NCBI GenBank assembly: GCA_965153285.1
Contig: OZ229113.1
Length of the DNA stretch: 64,000 bases
Reading direction: 5' to 3' (one strand)
Origin: Podarcis tiliguerta
Lineage: Eukaryota
Shown: in pieces, positions 38,602-51,272 of the stretch
Position numbering within the stretch: the first letter of the stretch is position 1
Layout: each line of letters starts with the position of its first letter
Program-made: the position numbers and the translations under genes
The notes under the pieces: model-generated
Told to the model about the DNA's origin: nothing
The model's input: only the letters and a program-made list of their open reading frames with translations
The model's database searches: none

Positions 38602-38681
38602 GAAGAGATGAAGAGATGAAGAGATGAAGAGATGAAGAGATGAAGAGATGGATGGATGGATGGATGGATGGATGGATGGAT
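38602..38681. repeat. (GAAGAGAT)n octamer run followed by (GGAT)n
   Basis: Directly visible compound tandem repeat. Confidence 0.95.
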
Positions 38682-39455
38682 TGCCTGGCACCTAAAGCTA
38701 TGTAATGAAGGCACCAGGTGAGTCTCCCTGGGGAAAGCATTCCACAAGCAGGGAGCCACCACAGAAAAGGCCCATTTTCATGTTGCCGCCCTCCAGACCT
38801 CTCACAGAGGAGGTATACAAAAATGGGTCTCAGCAGGGTCAGTTCATATGGGGAGGGATGGTCCTTGAGGTGTGTGGTCCTGAGCCATTTAAAGCTTTAT
38901 AGGTCAAAAACAGCACTTTTAATTGGGTCCGGAAACTAGCTTGCAGCCAGCGCAGTTGGGTCAGGATTGGTGTAATATACTCAAACTGTCTTCCTGGTAA
39001 GCAACATGGCCGCTGAATTCCGCACTAGCTGAAGTTTCCAAGCTGTATTCAGAGGCAGCCCCACACAGAACATGTTGTCATGATTTAACCTAGAGGTTAC
39101 CAGAGCATAGACAACAGAATTAGGCTTTCACTGTCTAGATAGGAACACAGCTGAGCCGCCACACCAGCTGCAGCTGATGGAAGGCACTCCATACCACTGA
39201 GCCCCCCTGAGCCTCAAGCAACAGTAATGGGTCCAGAAGTACCTCCAAACTCCCTCCTTCAGAGCAGGCCTCCTCTCACCCATCTGGTTTTGGGAACCAC
39301 TACTAACAGTTGCTTAGTCTTATCTGCACTGAGCTTCAGTTTATTGACTCTTATCCAGCCAGACTCTGAAGCAAGACATTGGTCCAGCACATCCACTGCC
39401 TTACCTGCAGATGTAAAGGAAAGGTAGAACTGTGTGTCATTGGCATATTGCTGAT
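38682..39455 (-). mobile_element. L2 LINE ORF2 fragment (internally deleted)
   Basis: RT-like QQYANDTQFYLSF...W...NKLKLSADKT and C-terminal VAPCLWNAFP motifs. Confidence 0.8.
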
Positions 39456-40863
39456 CGTTGGGTGTAAGGCACCATTTGCCAAATCTGCTTTCAAAATATG
39501 ACTTTTTTTCTGTTTCCAGTCCCGCTCTTTTAGTATAGTGTTGATCGCATTTTGAATTTGGAATAGGATTTATTGCTTTTTCCAACATGCGCAGGGTTAA
39601 TTTTTGTTTATTGTCAGTGCATAGCTTCATGATGCTGCCGCCACTCCTCTCTGGCGTCTTCCCATGTAATGCAGGTGGCTGCGATCATATTACAAGGAGA
39701 TTATGAAGGGCTGCACAATCTTTAAAACGTGTCTCTCGTTCTGTCCATCATGGTCATTTCAACAGCTCTAGCTGCTTCACAAAGTGGATGTTTCCAAATG
39801 ATAAAATACAAAAATGACTGGAACCATTCCAAGAAGTTATTAAAATAATGGAAGTTCTCTAGGATCTCATCCCCATTATTGGCTGCTGTTACTTCTGAAC
39901 TGAGGAGCTGGAAGAATTGAAGGACTTCAGAAGGTTTAACTTTTATCCTAGGCTACTAGTCTTTCCAGTGCACCATCATCATTTGCAGTCCAGTGCAAGA
40001 GAAAATCTTGGTTTTAACTAACATGATGATATGAGATTGGGATACCTGGGTTTAAATTTATGCTGGCTCATGAATCTCATAGGGTTGTGTGGTCATGAGC
40101 AAAAACAGCATCACTCAATTGAAACTATCTTACAGATTTGTTGTTAGGAATTAATGGGTTAGAAATGTATGATAGGTCCAGGGTCCCCTCCTCCTTTGCA
40201 TCCGTTTGTTTTTCTCAAAACTATTCCATTTTCATAATTCAATTTGGCAGCATCCAGTTATATCTGCACAGGCAAATCCTTGTGCGAAGCATGCTATCAG
40301 CACAGTAAGGAATTACTTGCCTAAGGTAGCAGATAATATATTCCAATTAAAATACAGCTAGAGCCAAATTCTAAAGAAGAGCTGATACATCAAATCCTTT
40401 ATTAGATTGAATGCTGAACCCTGAATTTATTACACTGCACAAATTCCTAGGGTGGAAAAGGGAAATGAAATATAACATTAATGGCTTTGTTGGGCATTAA
40501 TAATATAATATATGTTTTCCCCCTAATGTTTCCAGTTAGGACAAAGTCTTATTATGTGCCATTTTAAAAGAAGCTTCAAAATGTTGCCAATGTGCTCTTT
40601 CACTTTTTTTAAACATAAAACCCACTAATGCTGTTTAAAATTGGTTCACGATATTTCCGCAGGAAAAATGTATTGTAAAGGTTACATATGATAAGAAACT
40701 GAGGTTTGCCACTGAAAGAACTCCAATGGCAAGTTCGCCCCTTCATAATATGTAGTATGACTCCATTGAGTTGTGTAGTTCTCTGGCAATGAAGCTTCGG
40801 ATCATTGACTGCTACTGGTGCTTGCAGGGAAAAGTTAAAAATAGTCATGGCTGAACAGAAATT

Positions 40864-41491
40864 AGGGCCACATTCACACCATATGTTTAAAGCACTATGA
40901 GACCACTTCAAGCTGTCATGGACAAAGAATCCTGGGAGCTGCATTATGTTAAGGATGCTAAGAGTTGTTAGGACACCACCCTCACAGCACTACAATTGCC
41001 AGTTTCCTGTGAAGAGGTATTGATTGTTAAAGCACTCTGAGAATTGTGGCTCAGTGAAGGGACCATATAACAGTGGTCCTAAAAGAATTACATTGGCTCC
41101 CATTTCTGAGCACAATTCAAACCGTTGGTGCTAGCCTTTAAAGCCCTAAATGACTTCGGCCCTGTATACCTGAAGAAGCGTTTCCACCCACATCGTACAG
41201 CCCAGACACTAAGATCCAGCTCCGAGGGCATTCTGGTGGTTCTCTCACTGAGAGAAATGAAGGGAACCAGGCAGAGGGCCTTCTCTATAGTTGCACCCAC
41301 TCTGTGGAACACCTTCCCATCAGATATCAAAGAAATAAATAATTATATGACCTTCCATAGACATCTGAAGGCAGCCCTATTCAAGGAAGTTTGTAGTGTG
41401 TGAGGTGTTGTGTTTTTTACAATTTTTTGTTGGGAGCTGCCCAGAGTACCTGGGGCAACCCAGTCAGATGGGTAGCATATAAATATGTTGA

Positions 41492-41534
<43 letters not shown>

Positions 41535-41640
41535 ATATTAGGGAATAGGGCTCTCCTCAGCACCCTTAAAAAACTACAACTCCCAGAATTCCTTGGTGGA
41601 AGCCTTACTGTTTAAGGCTGTTTAATACTGTTTAACTGCA
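40864..41640. mobile_element. Harbinger-like MITE split by an L2 insertion
   Basis: Left part gggccacattcacacc...aagaatcctgggagctgca; right part aaactacaactcccagaattcctt forms the complementary arm. Confidence 0.5.
41089..41533 (+). mobile_element. L2 LINE 3' end with (GTT)n tail
   Basis: ORF VLAFKALN..GP.YLK.R......TLRSS...L......TRQRAFS.VAP.LWN..P is a typical L2 ORF2 C-terminus. A (GTT)n run lies at about 41487-41533. Confidence 0.88.
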
Positions 41641-42273
41641 ACAGTAGCTAAATAATATGTGGGTGGATTTGCTGGTACGATGTCTTATTAACCATTCTTA
41701 CTCTGCATAGTTATATAATAGCATGCAAAAACCATTTTTATTACTCTTCAACCATATTGTACTTTATAAATAATTAAATGTGACTTCCTTGTAACCAATC
41801 AATGGGGTTTCACAATTGTCTGCACAATTTCCAATCTCACTAGAGGTATGTCCGCAAAATCCTGCTTCCAAGGGCATGCAAGCTCTACCTATATTTAGGT
41901 GACACTTTTCAAGAAAAAGTATCCAGTTATGTTTAATATGTTTACGGATGACTGCCGGACCATATGTGATTGTTTTGGAATCCCTGGTACAGGGATTACA
42001 GTAGAGCTTTTTTGAGACTTTAGCTTCACTTCCTCCAAATAAATCAACATTTCAAGGCTCTGGTCTATTCTACTGGGAACTGGATAAACGAAAATGACAA
42101 GGTCAGTAGATATTTTAAGCATACACATCTAATTATGCGAAAAACAGTATTAATGAAGACTGAAAGCAAAATTTATAAATATATTTCCCTGGAGAATTGC
42201 ACATGGAGAAACTAATCTAGAAAAATAATAAGCCAAATCACTTCATTTGATATGAACCAGGATGTGATGCTGA

Positions 42274-42350
42274 CATAGAATCATAGAATTGTAGGGTTCG
42301 AAGGGACCTCAAGGGTCATTTAGACCAACCTGCTGCAAAGCAGGAATCAA
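42274..42350 (-). mobile_element. CR1 extreme 3' end
   Basis: catagaatcatagaattgtagggttcgaagggacctcaagggtcatttagaccaacc. Confidence 0.75.
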
Positions 42351-43128
42351 CTAGATCATGAATAATCCAAAGCACTTTCACATTCATCAGAACTTTGTTA
42401 TTTTGGAGCTATTCAGTTGCTTAATGTGTGCTTCATTCATTTAGATGTGGATATTCTATTCACAGGGCTTCATTACCTCTTCCAAGGAAACAGGAACAAA
42501 TCCCATGCTGGGAGACACTATTCACTGCAGAATGTACATAGAATTAGACTCACAGTATCTTGTAGCCTGCATAGCAGGCAGGCACTTGTGGCAGGGGTTT
42601 TTCCATAGTAGCCCCACAACTATGGAACTCAGTTTCTTCTGAGATTAGGCAAGCTTAATTACTTGTGGCTTCAGGATCTGGTGATGATTGCAGATTTAGA
42701 GATCTAAATGTGGAGGGAGGGGTTTTTAATGGGGGGGGGAGGTTTACAGGGAGGAGGGGAGACTTAACTCATCCCTTCCACAGCTGTAGCACCCTGAAAT
42801 CACCCTTGTGATGCCAATTAGGCCTTCTTTTCAGCCTAATTTCCCCTGCAGGCCCCAGGAAAAACCTTTTGTGTCTCTAGGCACCACATTGGTGACCCAT
42901 GTGCTAGGCTATTGTTATTTCCTTCCCTTTTCTCATCCCTTCATCTTTCTTTGGTTTTTCTATTCCTGCTTTGCCAGAAGCAGAGATTTCTGAACTTGTT
43001 GATCTGCTATATTGGATTGGTAGGTATGTTTTTCTCTCTTTCAGACTTAATGCTAAAACACTAAGGATGCTTTTAAACTTGATGGGCTGGAGGAAATATC
43101 AGGAGGAGATAATGTAAGACATGGCAAT

Positions 43129-43158
43129 CAACCAACCAACCAACCAACCAACCAACCA
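43129..43158. repeat. (AACC)n microsatellite
   Basis: Directly visible. Confidence 0.9.
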
Positions 43159-46100
43159 TGCAGTCAATCAACTGACCATCTTAGCTGTGAGTCCTGAGGG
43201 ACTTGCCCCCTGCCTTGCAGGCCTTTTCCCACCTGGCTTGGGGTGGCAGGGCTCTGACTGACTCCAGCTACAAAACCTGCACCTGTTGAAGAGGCCAGAG
43301 ACCATCTTGGTTGTCTCTTAGTGCAGACCCAGGTCATCAAGCCTGAACTTCCACAGCCACTGCCCACCATGAACCTCCATTGGCAGGTTGGGCAGCAACA
43401 GCAGCAGGTATGTTCTGTGCTTATGATGATATGTTATTCTCTTCTTAATTATGCTGTTTTACATTTTATATCTGACATCATTGAGTAATGTTTTCTTTTG
43501 AAACATTCAAGATAATTTTTGCTGTTAACTTGGCTGTGTTAGATGTGGATTCTGTAGTTGACCTCCTTTGTAATGTTTTATTTTGAAATCTTTAAGATAA
43601 TAGTTTAGTTTCCTGTTAATTATGCTGCTTTGAATGAATACTTTATAGTTAACTTTCTCCAGTAATGCTTTATTCTGGATTGTTTCATTGGATATTTAAA
43701 TGTGTTGTAAAGCCCTTTGAGATATTTTTCTTAAAAATATAAAGTGGTATAGGAATGAAATAAATCGCCACCACATTGCTTCATTATAGTTCTCATTCTT
43801 TATGCATATCAACACTTGATTCCTTTATAGTTTACTCTTAGTGTTTGGCTTGCATTGGAGTGCTTGGATTGAATTTCTTTTCTGTACTTCTGGAGTCATT
43901 TGGGCCACTAATTTTTATTATCTACTGTTTCTATATTATTTATCAATAAACTATTTAATTCATTTCAGTTATAATCTTTAGTCTATGGTCTTTCTGCTTT
44001 AATCTCTGGGGTGCAAATTTGAATGAAACTAGACCAATTATCTCCAGCTAAGATACCAGCATGCTTACAGAAATGGTTACACTTTACATTTGAGACATTA
44101 TCACCTCACTCCACAACTCAAGATTTCTGTTTTTGGGGGGCTGGGAGGGGAATAGTTGTGGCTGGGTGCCTTTCACTTCAGTGGTTAAACCAAATCTACT
44201 CTCAGTTGTGTTACAATATATACCAATGAATTGTAACAGAAGTTCAAAACACTGAAGTCGGTATCAGCTAATCAAAAACAAACACTGCCTTTGGCTATTT
44301 TATTAAGCTTTCCTTGTGAAATGTTACTCTAGCTAGCATGAGAGCTAAAGTTTACTCCATTTATTATAACATTCGTAGTAATACTGTGCAGTCAAGTGCA
44401 AATGATCTTCCGCCTTCTCAATTAACAGAGTATTAAGACTTCCCTGAAGAGCAATAAACTCCTTTAATATGACAGGGGTACAAGTTCATTTATGCGCTTC
44501 TTCCAAGGTACATTTCCAAATCTGTGTGAAATTCCCTAAGCTCCTTATTGATTGTCAAGGCGAATCAAAGCAGCTATGTTTTCCTCCGTTGGTGTTTAAA
44601 TCATATCCCATAGGAGATAAACTAGGAGGAACTTTGTAGATACACTTATTTAAAAATATTGTTGTTGCATCATTTCAGAAATGCTGTCTTGAGTGGCCTG
44701 TGAAGTAATATTCATGTATATCTGCTTCCCTAGCCACACATTTCTTCTCCTGTTCAGTATTTTACATAGCTACCCAACCAATGTGATGTGCCAAGAACAG
44801 AGTGTGCATGCTGGATCATCATATAAACAGATCATCATATAAATGGACCACATGGTCACTTAAAACTAAAGGCTGTGCACGCTCATATTGCCCCTGGAAC
44901 TATGTGCTCCAGAGAGGTGTCTGCTTAGGAGGGGAAGAGGAAGAAAATTGCTCACTTGCAGGCAGAAACGGGTTCCAATTCAAGATTTCAGTAATATGAT
45001 GTGCAGTGCTCCTATTCAAGGCTTCAGCAGGAGTGTTTCCCCAGAATTCTGCATTCCATTCACCCTCTTTCAGTTTTCCACTCTTGCCCACTTCCAACAG
45101 TGAGCCAGTATTTCAAGGCCACTGAGCATACTCTGTTCTCATCGGACTGTTTTGGGTTTTTTCCCCAGCCAAAAAGGGTTTTTTCCTCAATTCCTTTCTT
45201 CTTTTTTTGGTTCTTGTGCAGACCTCAAGGTTTCCCCGAGTCTGCTGATGCCTCATTCTATTGTGTGGGTCATGCTGTTTTGGCTACGTAAGGATCAATA
45301 TGAGAGTTGTCACAAGTTGTGACAATGTATCTGTTTTTATTTTGCTTGAATTTATTTTTCTTTAACTTTTAATTTCAGAAACCTGATTGTTATTAAAATG
45401 CAATTAAAATATTTAGGTGTGAAGAAACACTCTTGAGCGTTTCGTATCAGTATATAGATTAGCCACAATTCAGTCTAGAATAAACCACGATTAAACCCCA
45501 TTGATTTCCAAATCTGACTGAATTAAAATCACTGGTGTTTTTAAGTATAGGCAATGACCATTTTGTGTGTGTTCAGTATGTGCAAAAGCCAGAAGTGACT
45601 AGAGTGCAGAAAGGGCAAAAATGGTGTGATGACAGGACCTAGCAATCCCACAAGCCTTTGCAAATTCAATCCCAGGAGGCCTTCCACCAACCTGTGAGGC
45701 CTATGCAGAGAAAGCAGTTTCAATGGTGTTCCCAATATACACATTTCGCTTAAATGCACAGTGCCTCAGAACATAAACCCTGCGCTAGTGGGGAGTTGCC
45801 TATATGCAAAATTTGTGGCAAACTGTATCTTTATATGCTGGTACGATTTTTTCTGAGACCTGTTGTACAAGCGAATAGCTGAACTTGAGCCATGCATCTT
45901 GACCCCACTCTGGTAATCTACTGAATATCAATGGTGGTGCATACCTTAAAGAAAGAACTGCACTGTAAATGGATGCACTGTGTGTGTCTGCATTCAGAGA
46001 CACACAACTTTACTCAGTTTTATTTCATTCGGATAAAGCCTCCTGAGCCCAGAAACTGTTTTGTACACCTCTGCTTCTCAAAATTGGGGTGCCTAGAATC

Positions 46101-46821
46101 TAGCTCAGTCAAACCATTCCATTTCAGTGATCACTTCTCTCTTTTTTTGCATTTGGTGGTTTTGCAGAATAACTGCAAAATTAGAACGCTGCAAAACAGA
46201 AGGAAAGCATCATCTTCTAGCCCCATATGATGATCACAAAGACTTGACCGTATGCATAGCAATGGTCACCTGAAGAATAAATGACACCTCTGACATCTAC
46301 TTTTGGTGGCTATGAAGCAGCAGCAGATGATAAGAGGTCCACTCCAAGTACTTTGAAGGGGAATCATGCTTGAATTAGAGGGCAGGAGCTGAATTTGTTG
46401 CAAATGGTGGCACAATTCATCTTGCTCATACTAATACAACTGTGCTCAGAAGCACAGACTAGTAAAATGAAGGTAGATTAGCTGGTTGATTGAATAATCA
46501 TAGGGCTAAAAGAACACAGGCCAAGCTCTTACTCTGGATGGACTCCATGGGATGGACTCCATGGGACTCCATGGAATAAGTTGGACTGCTTGTGAGTTCC
46601 TGATCTAGGAGGAATGGGATGCGGTATGGATTGTATGTATAGCCTATACCTGGGACTTATGCATGTGGCTACCACAAATATGCACAGCTGTAACTGAATA
46701 GAAATCGCTGATCTTCAAGCAAACACACACCATCAGGGGAACTTTTGAGCAAGCATTGTTAGCCTACTTACTGGCTGGACAATAAATAGATTAGAACTTC
46801 AAAGTCAATGCATTTTTGTCA

Positions 46822-46827
46822 TTTATT
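46822..46827 (-). terminator. Candidate polyadenylation signal AATAAA of NRIP1
   Basis: tttatt on the + strand, followed on the minus strand by a CA and U-rich sequence. It marks the end of the AT-rich UTR-like block. Confidence 0.6.
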
Positions 46828-49247
46828 CAAATTTTCTGTAGGAAGTAAACACTGAAAGAATTAAAAAAAACCTCACACTGCAGTATGTACAGTTTTGTGA
46901 CATCACATGAATAAATCATTTCCTAATAAAAATGAGAACAGTTAAATTAGTGAAATTCCACAACGAAAAGATTGCATAAACCCCAGAATTCTTGTGTGTG
47001 GTAACGAAACCAGTATTGCACATCTAGCAATACCAGAATAGAATTGCAGTGGTTTGAAATGGAATAACAAAACGTTAATGTTTGCTGTTGGGGGTGGGGA
47101 GGTGCTCTTTACGTTTTAAAAAATGAAAAGGAAAAAAAGATTGACTTTCCCCCCAGACCCTTTCATTTGAAGCACATTCTTTCACAAAGCTAAAATACCA
47201 CAGCAGAAGTCATGTCCAGAAACAGAATACAATTGTGTTTGATAAACATCTGGTTTGACTTAAGACATATTTGCCATTGCAGAGATGCATAGGGTCTCCC
47301 ATGCATTTTTCATGCAGCAGGTAATTACAATATTAAATAAAACATTTTCTATACATTCTTCCAGACTTGCAACTGTATACATACATGCAAAAAAATTTAA
47401 ACCTATGTGATCATATTTACATTTAATATATGGAATATACATAACAAAAAGATTAAAATGTTTTTTTCCTTTGCATTAGATAGAATACAAAATATGTATT
47501 TTTTCATTAAAGAAACCACTATTTACATCACTTTTTTAAAAATCAATTTCAACATGTATGTGTAACAAGTCTATATATTTACATATGTATACATATACAT
47601 ATATATAAAATATAACTTACCAGTTTACTCAACTAAAATGCAGCAGAGATAAACTGGCAACATTTTGTTGTCATTAATGACTGCTCTATCACATTTCACT
47701 GATGTTTTGCTGGGGGAAACTTAAATCATTTATTTCAAAAAAATGTAAATTAAGCACTTTATAATCTATTTTTTAAAAATATATAGCTTAAGAAGTAAAT
47801 ACATGGCTGATTTCCCTTTCTATCTTCAGAGATGAACTGCTCTTACAGAAATGGGTTTTCAAGGTAATCCTAAACATGCTCAGAGGTTTTACTGAATTCC
47901 ATCAGATTTCCTTTCAGGTAAGCAGGCATAGGATTCCAAATGTGCCACCCAATCCTACCCATGTCTATTTAGATGCAAGACCCACTGTGCTCAATTGGGT
48001 TTACTTCTAAGTGAGGAAAGGATTGCTGCTTTAAGTCATTTTCTCTAGTAAAATATAGTGCCCATGTTTTTCTGAAGTTCTAATTTGTGTTTGCCTTTAC
48101 AGAATGAAACGAGAAAAATGTTCCGACACAGGTCCATATTTTTCCTCTTTCATACTATGTGGCAAGACAGCGAATTATTTTTTCTTCTGTCCTTACGATG
48201 AAACTCTTAATTTCATTCATCCTTTCAACTGTACCAATACAGGTCTCTAGTTGCAACTACAAAGTTGCAGGTCCATGAATTTAAATCTGCCTCTACTCAT
48301 GTAAAATGGGGGCTGGGCCTCCACTTTGAACGAAAAGGGGTTAGTGGTTGAGAAACCCAGAACTCCCCCCCCTTTTAGTTTTTCCTCTTCTTCCTCTTCC
48401 AGGTAGACTGATGGATTAAAGTCCTGCTGAAAGAAGCCTTTGGAGAACAGCGAGGGGCTAAGTGTAGGTGTACCTGCATGTTGCCATCAGTCCCCTATTT
48501 TACACACAATTGGGGCAGATCAAAGTCTCAGGTTTAAGCACATAGCTATGCATCATAGTGTATAAATTGATCCTGTGTCACATATTACACTGATGTATAC
48601 CTGGCAGGTGTGTGCTTTGTATTCAGAATTATGTAACATGGTTACAAGCAAAGCATGGTCTTGCCCCACCTTGTTTCCTAAATTACATTTTACTGGTTAA
48701 GGCAGGTAATTACATATCTAAAATCTTTTTGAAATAATGTGTTCTACCCCGTTATTGAGATTTGTGGTGTCAATGAAATACATTACTGAGATGAAATGTA
48801 CCAGCTGAACTGCTGTCATTATAAGGTTCACTATGGGGAAAATTAATCTGCAATGTGTATTTGTCTATAAATACAGTTAAGCTGAGCTCTTAAAATATTT
48901 GTGCAAATAACTCCCAAGAGGAATATGTAAACTGTTAACTATCAGAATTGTCATCTCTAGCATCTGTGATGAAAAGCCCACCATCCACTAGAGTATCTTC
49001 CTAATTTAGAATATAGAAATGCAGTGTCTATGATTATACCAAGATATCAATCCCTGATATAAGCTAACAGTTGTTTGTCATGAAATTAAAGTACACCTGA
49101 AGGCGCCATTGGCAACAGGAACAGAATGACTAAATGGTGGGATACAACAGAGCTTCAGCCAATTTTTTCATGCCAATTTGCACTGGAATTTTCCTATAAA
49201 TTTGTATTTCCTCCAGGGCTATGAATCTACTTGGTCTGTCATTCACA

Positions 49248-49282
49248 ATCTCTCTCTCACTCACACACACACACACACACAC
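49248..49282. repeat. (TC)n(CA)n microsatellite within the NRIP1 3'UTR
   Basis: Directly visible. Confidence 0.85.
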
Positions 49283-51272
49283 TTTTTAAAATATTAGTAT
49301 TAATTATATAATGTAAATAATAATAATAAAGCTGTGATACTCTGTAGACTAACAGCTGGAACAAATATTTCTAATGCATTTCTCTACCAGGGTAAAGAGA
49401 AAAGGTGTTCAGTGACAAAATAAAGAAGTTTGAATTATATAGCTTTACAACTGACTTATTCCCATGTGTGTATAAGGGTTTTTGGGGGGCAGGGGCTTAG
49501 GCCCATTAGCCAAATTAGGCTTTGCAGCCATACCCACTTATCAACATGGTTCATGGGTGGGGGAATCCTGTTCTACAACCCTAGTGTATAGGATCACAGC
49601 TTAACTGATCTTCTGAGTTAGACTGCTACATGTTTAAAAGCACTGCAGTAGACACAGGTTTTACTGAAACTAAAATTCAGTACAAACTCAAAATATCCTA
49701 CTTAGGTAAATTTTGTCTAAGAAGTTGGAGAGCGATAAACAGAACTTTTAAAAACTGCCATTCCATTCTTTCAATTTACTTCATCTCCCTTAATTCTGGT
49801 TTATTAAATATTAATTAATTTACCACAAACAATCTTTTCACTGACCACTAATATCAAAACATATGCCACCTTCTAACCAAAAAGCCTTCTAAACATGTCA
49901 GCATTTTCAATACTTCAGTAGTGCTCATACTGTAAAGCAAGACTGAGCTGATGGGAAAAGATACCAACGTGATGCGTTACCTATTCTTTTTTCTCTCTTA
50001 AACAAAATGCAACATTGATTCTGGAAAATCCAAAGTTCACTAATGTGTTCCTTCACCAAGCATAAATGGGGAGAAAATGAAAGTGGCTGAGGGACATATT
50101 TTGCTACCAGGATTTTGCTTTATAAACTCATAGCCCAGGTTTTATATTTATTTCAGCTGAGTGTCTAGGGAAGGCATTCTCCAAATGCAACTAGAGAAAA
50201 TACATAAGATATTTCTTGTGGTTCTCCCAGATATTAAAATGCAATCAAAAGCCATTAGGAAGCACCCAAAGGTTTCATTTCTATACATTTCTCCAGTTAA
50301 CACTGAGGATGATTACTAATATGCTAGAGTAGACTAATGCCTTGGTCTTGGTGTTCCATTTACAAAAAAAGGGGTTCTTCACATTTCATACATGTATGAA
50401 AACACAAAGTTATACTGCCCCAGTGCTTAAGAGTTTCAAAAAGGAAAATATATCATGCGACAGGATGGAATGCTGCAAAACACTCTGCCAGCAGTGTCAG
50501 CTTTATGCATTGCATGTGTAATACTAGTAGTTCCAAATAAGTACCTTTTTATAATACATAACCCAGAATAATTGCTGCTACCTCTGTATTTCCCCCCTAC
50601 ACTGGCTCAGATATTTGTAAATAATTCCACCCAAGTGGTTCAGCTTCCTGCCATGTTTTTAACTGGGACCTGCTGGTGAAGGGGAAGGAATAAATCCTGA
50701 GGCGCCAGGCAAAAACTTTTATATATAACCAGGCCTTTAGCTATCTGTGGCCTTTTAGAATTGGGATGTCTTTTAATTTATGTGGGGATTTTTGTTTGTA
50801 AGTTGCTTTGGGTTGCCCTAGGCAAGATAAAGCGACTGACCAAATTCAAGAAATAATAATAAAAAGTAATAATAATAATTTTTAAAAATAAGAATAAATC
50901 ATATACATGACATCCAAGGTCCACAGGAAGATCATCTGCCATCATTTGTATGATTTGGAAACATATCAGGAAGCTGAACCCCATGGTTTTAAACCTTTGC
51001 ACAAACACCAGCAGTCAGTTTTCTTATGAATTTTGATGTAACTAACAACTTGTGATGATAGGTGCCTGGTGACAAATTTCCTGTAAAGCAAAATAAAAAA
51101 ATAAAAAATTGCTACATGTATTTTAAATATCAGCAGAAAAATTCATCAAACAAAACCATGTTTCAGTTATACCATGCTTTTCTCAAATCATGCTAGATTT
51201 ATACAACACGTTTTTTTTTAAAAAAAGCAAAGATTTAAACCTGACTGTAAACACTTCTAATATGATTATAAT

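Larger units (their letters stand above)
46800..51272 (-). other. NRIP1: NRIP1 3'UTR (about 4.4 kb; 3' end approximate)
   Basis: AT-rich, largely TE-poor stretch after the stop codon with UGUA-rich motifs and miRNA seed sites, ending at an AATAAA. NRIP1 is known to have a multi-kb 3'UTR. Confidence 0.65.

Noticed and set aside
38602-38681. Regular repeats as a CRISPR-like array
   Set aside because: Pure tandem microsatellite with no spacers, in a vertebrate genome.
45306-45324. Perfect 9-bp inverted repeat ttgtcacaa-g-ttgtgacaa
   Set aside because: Too short and isolated to be distinguished from chance in 64 kb.
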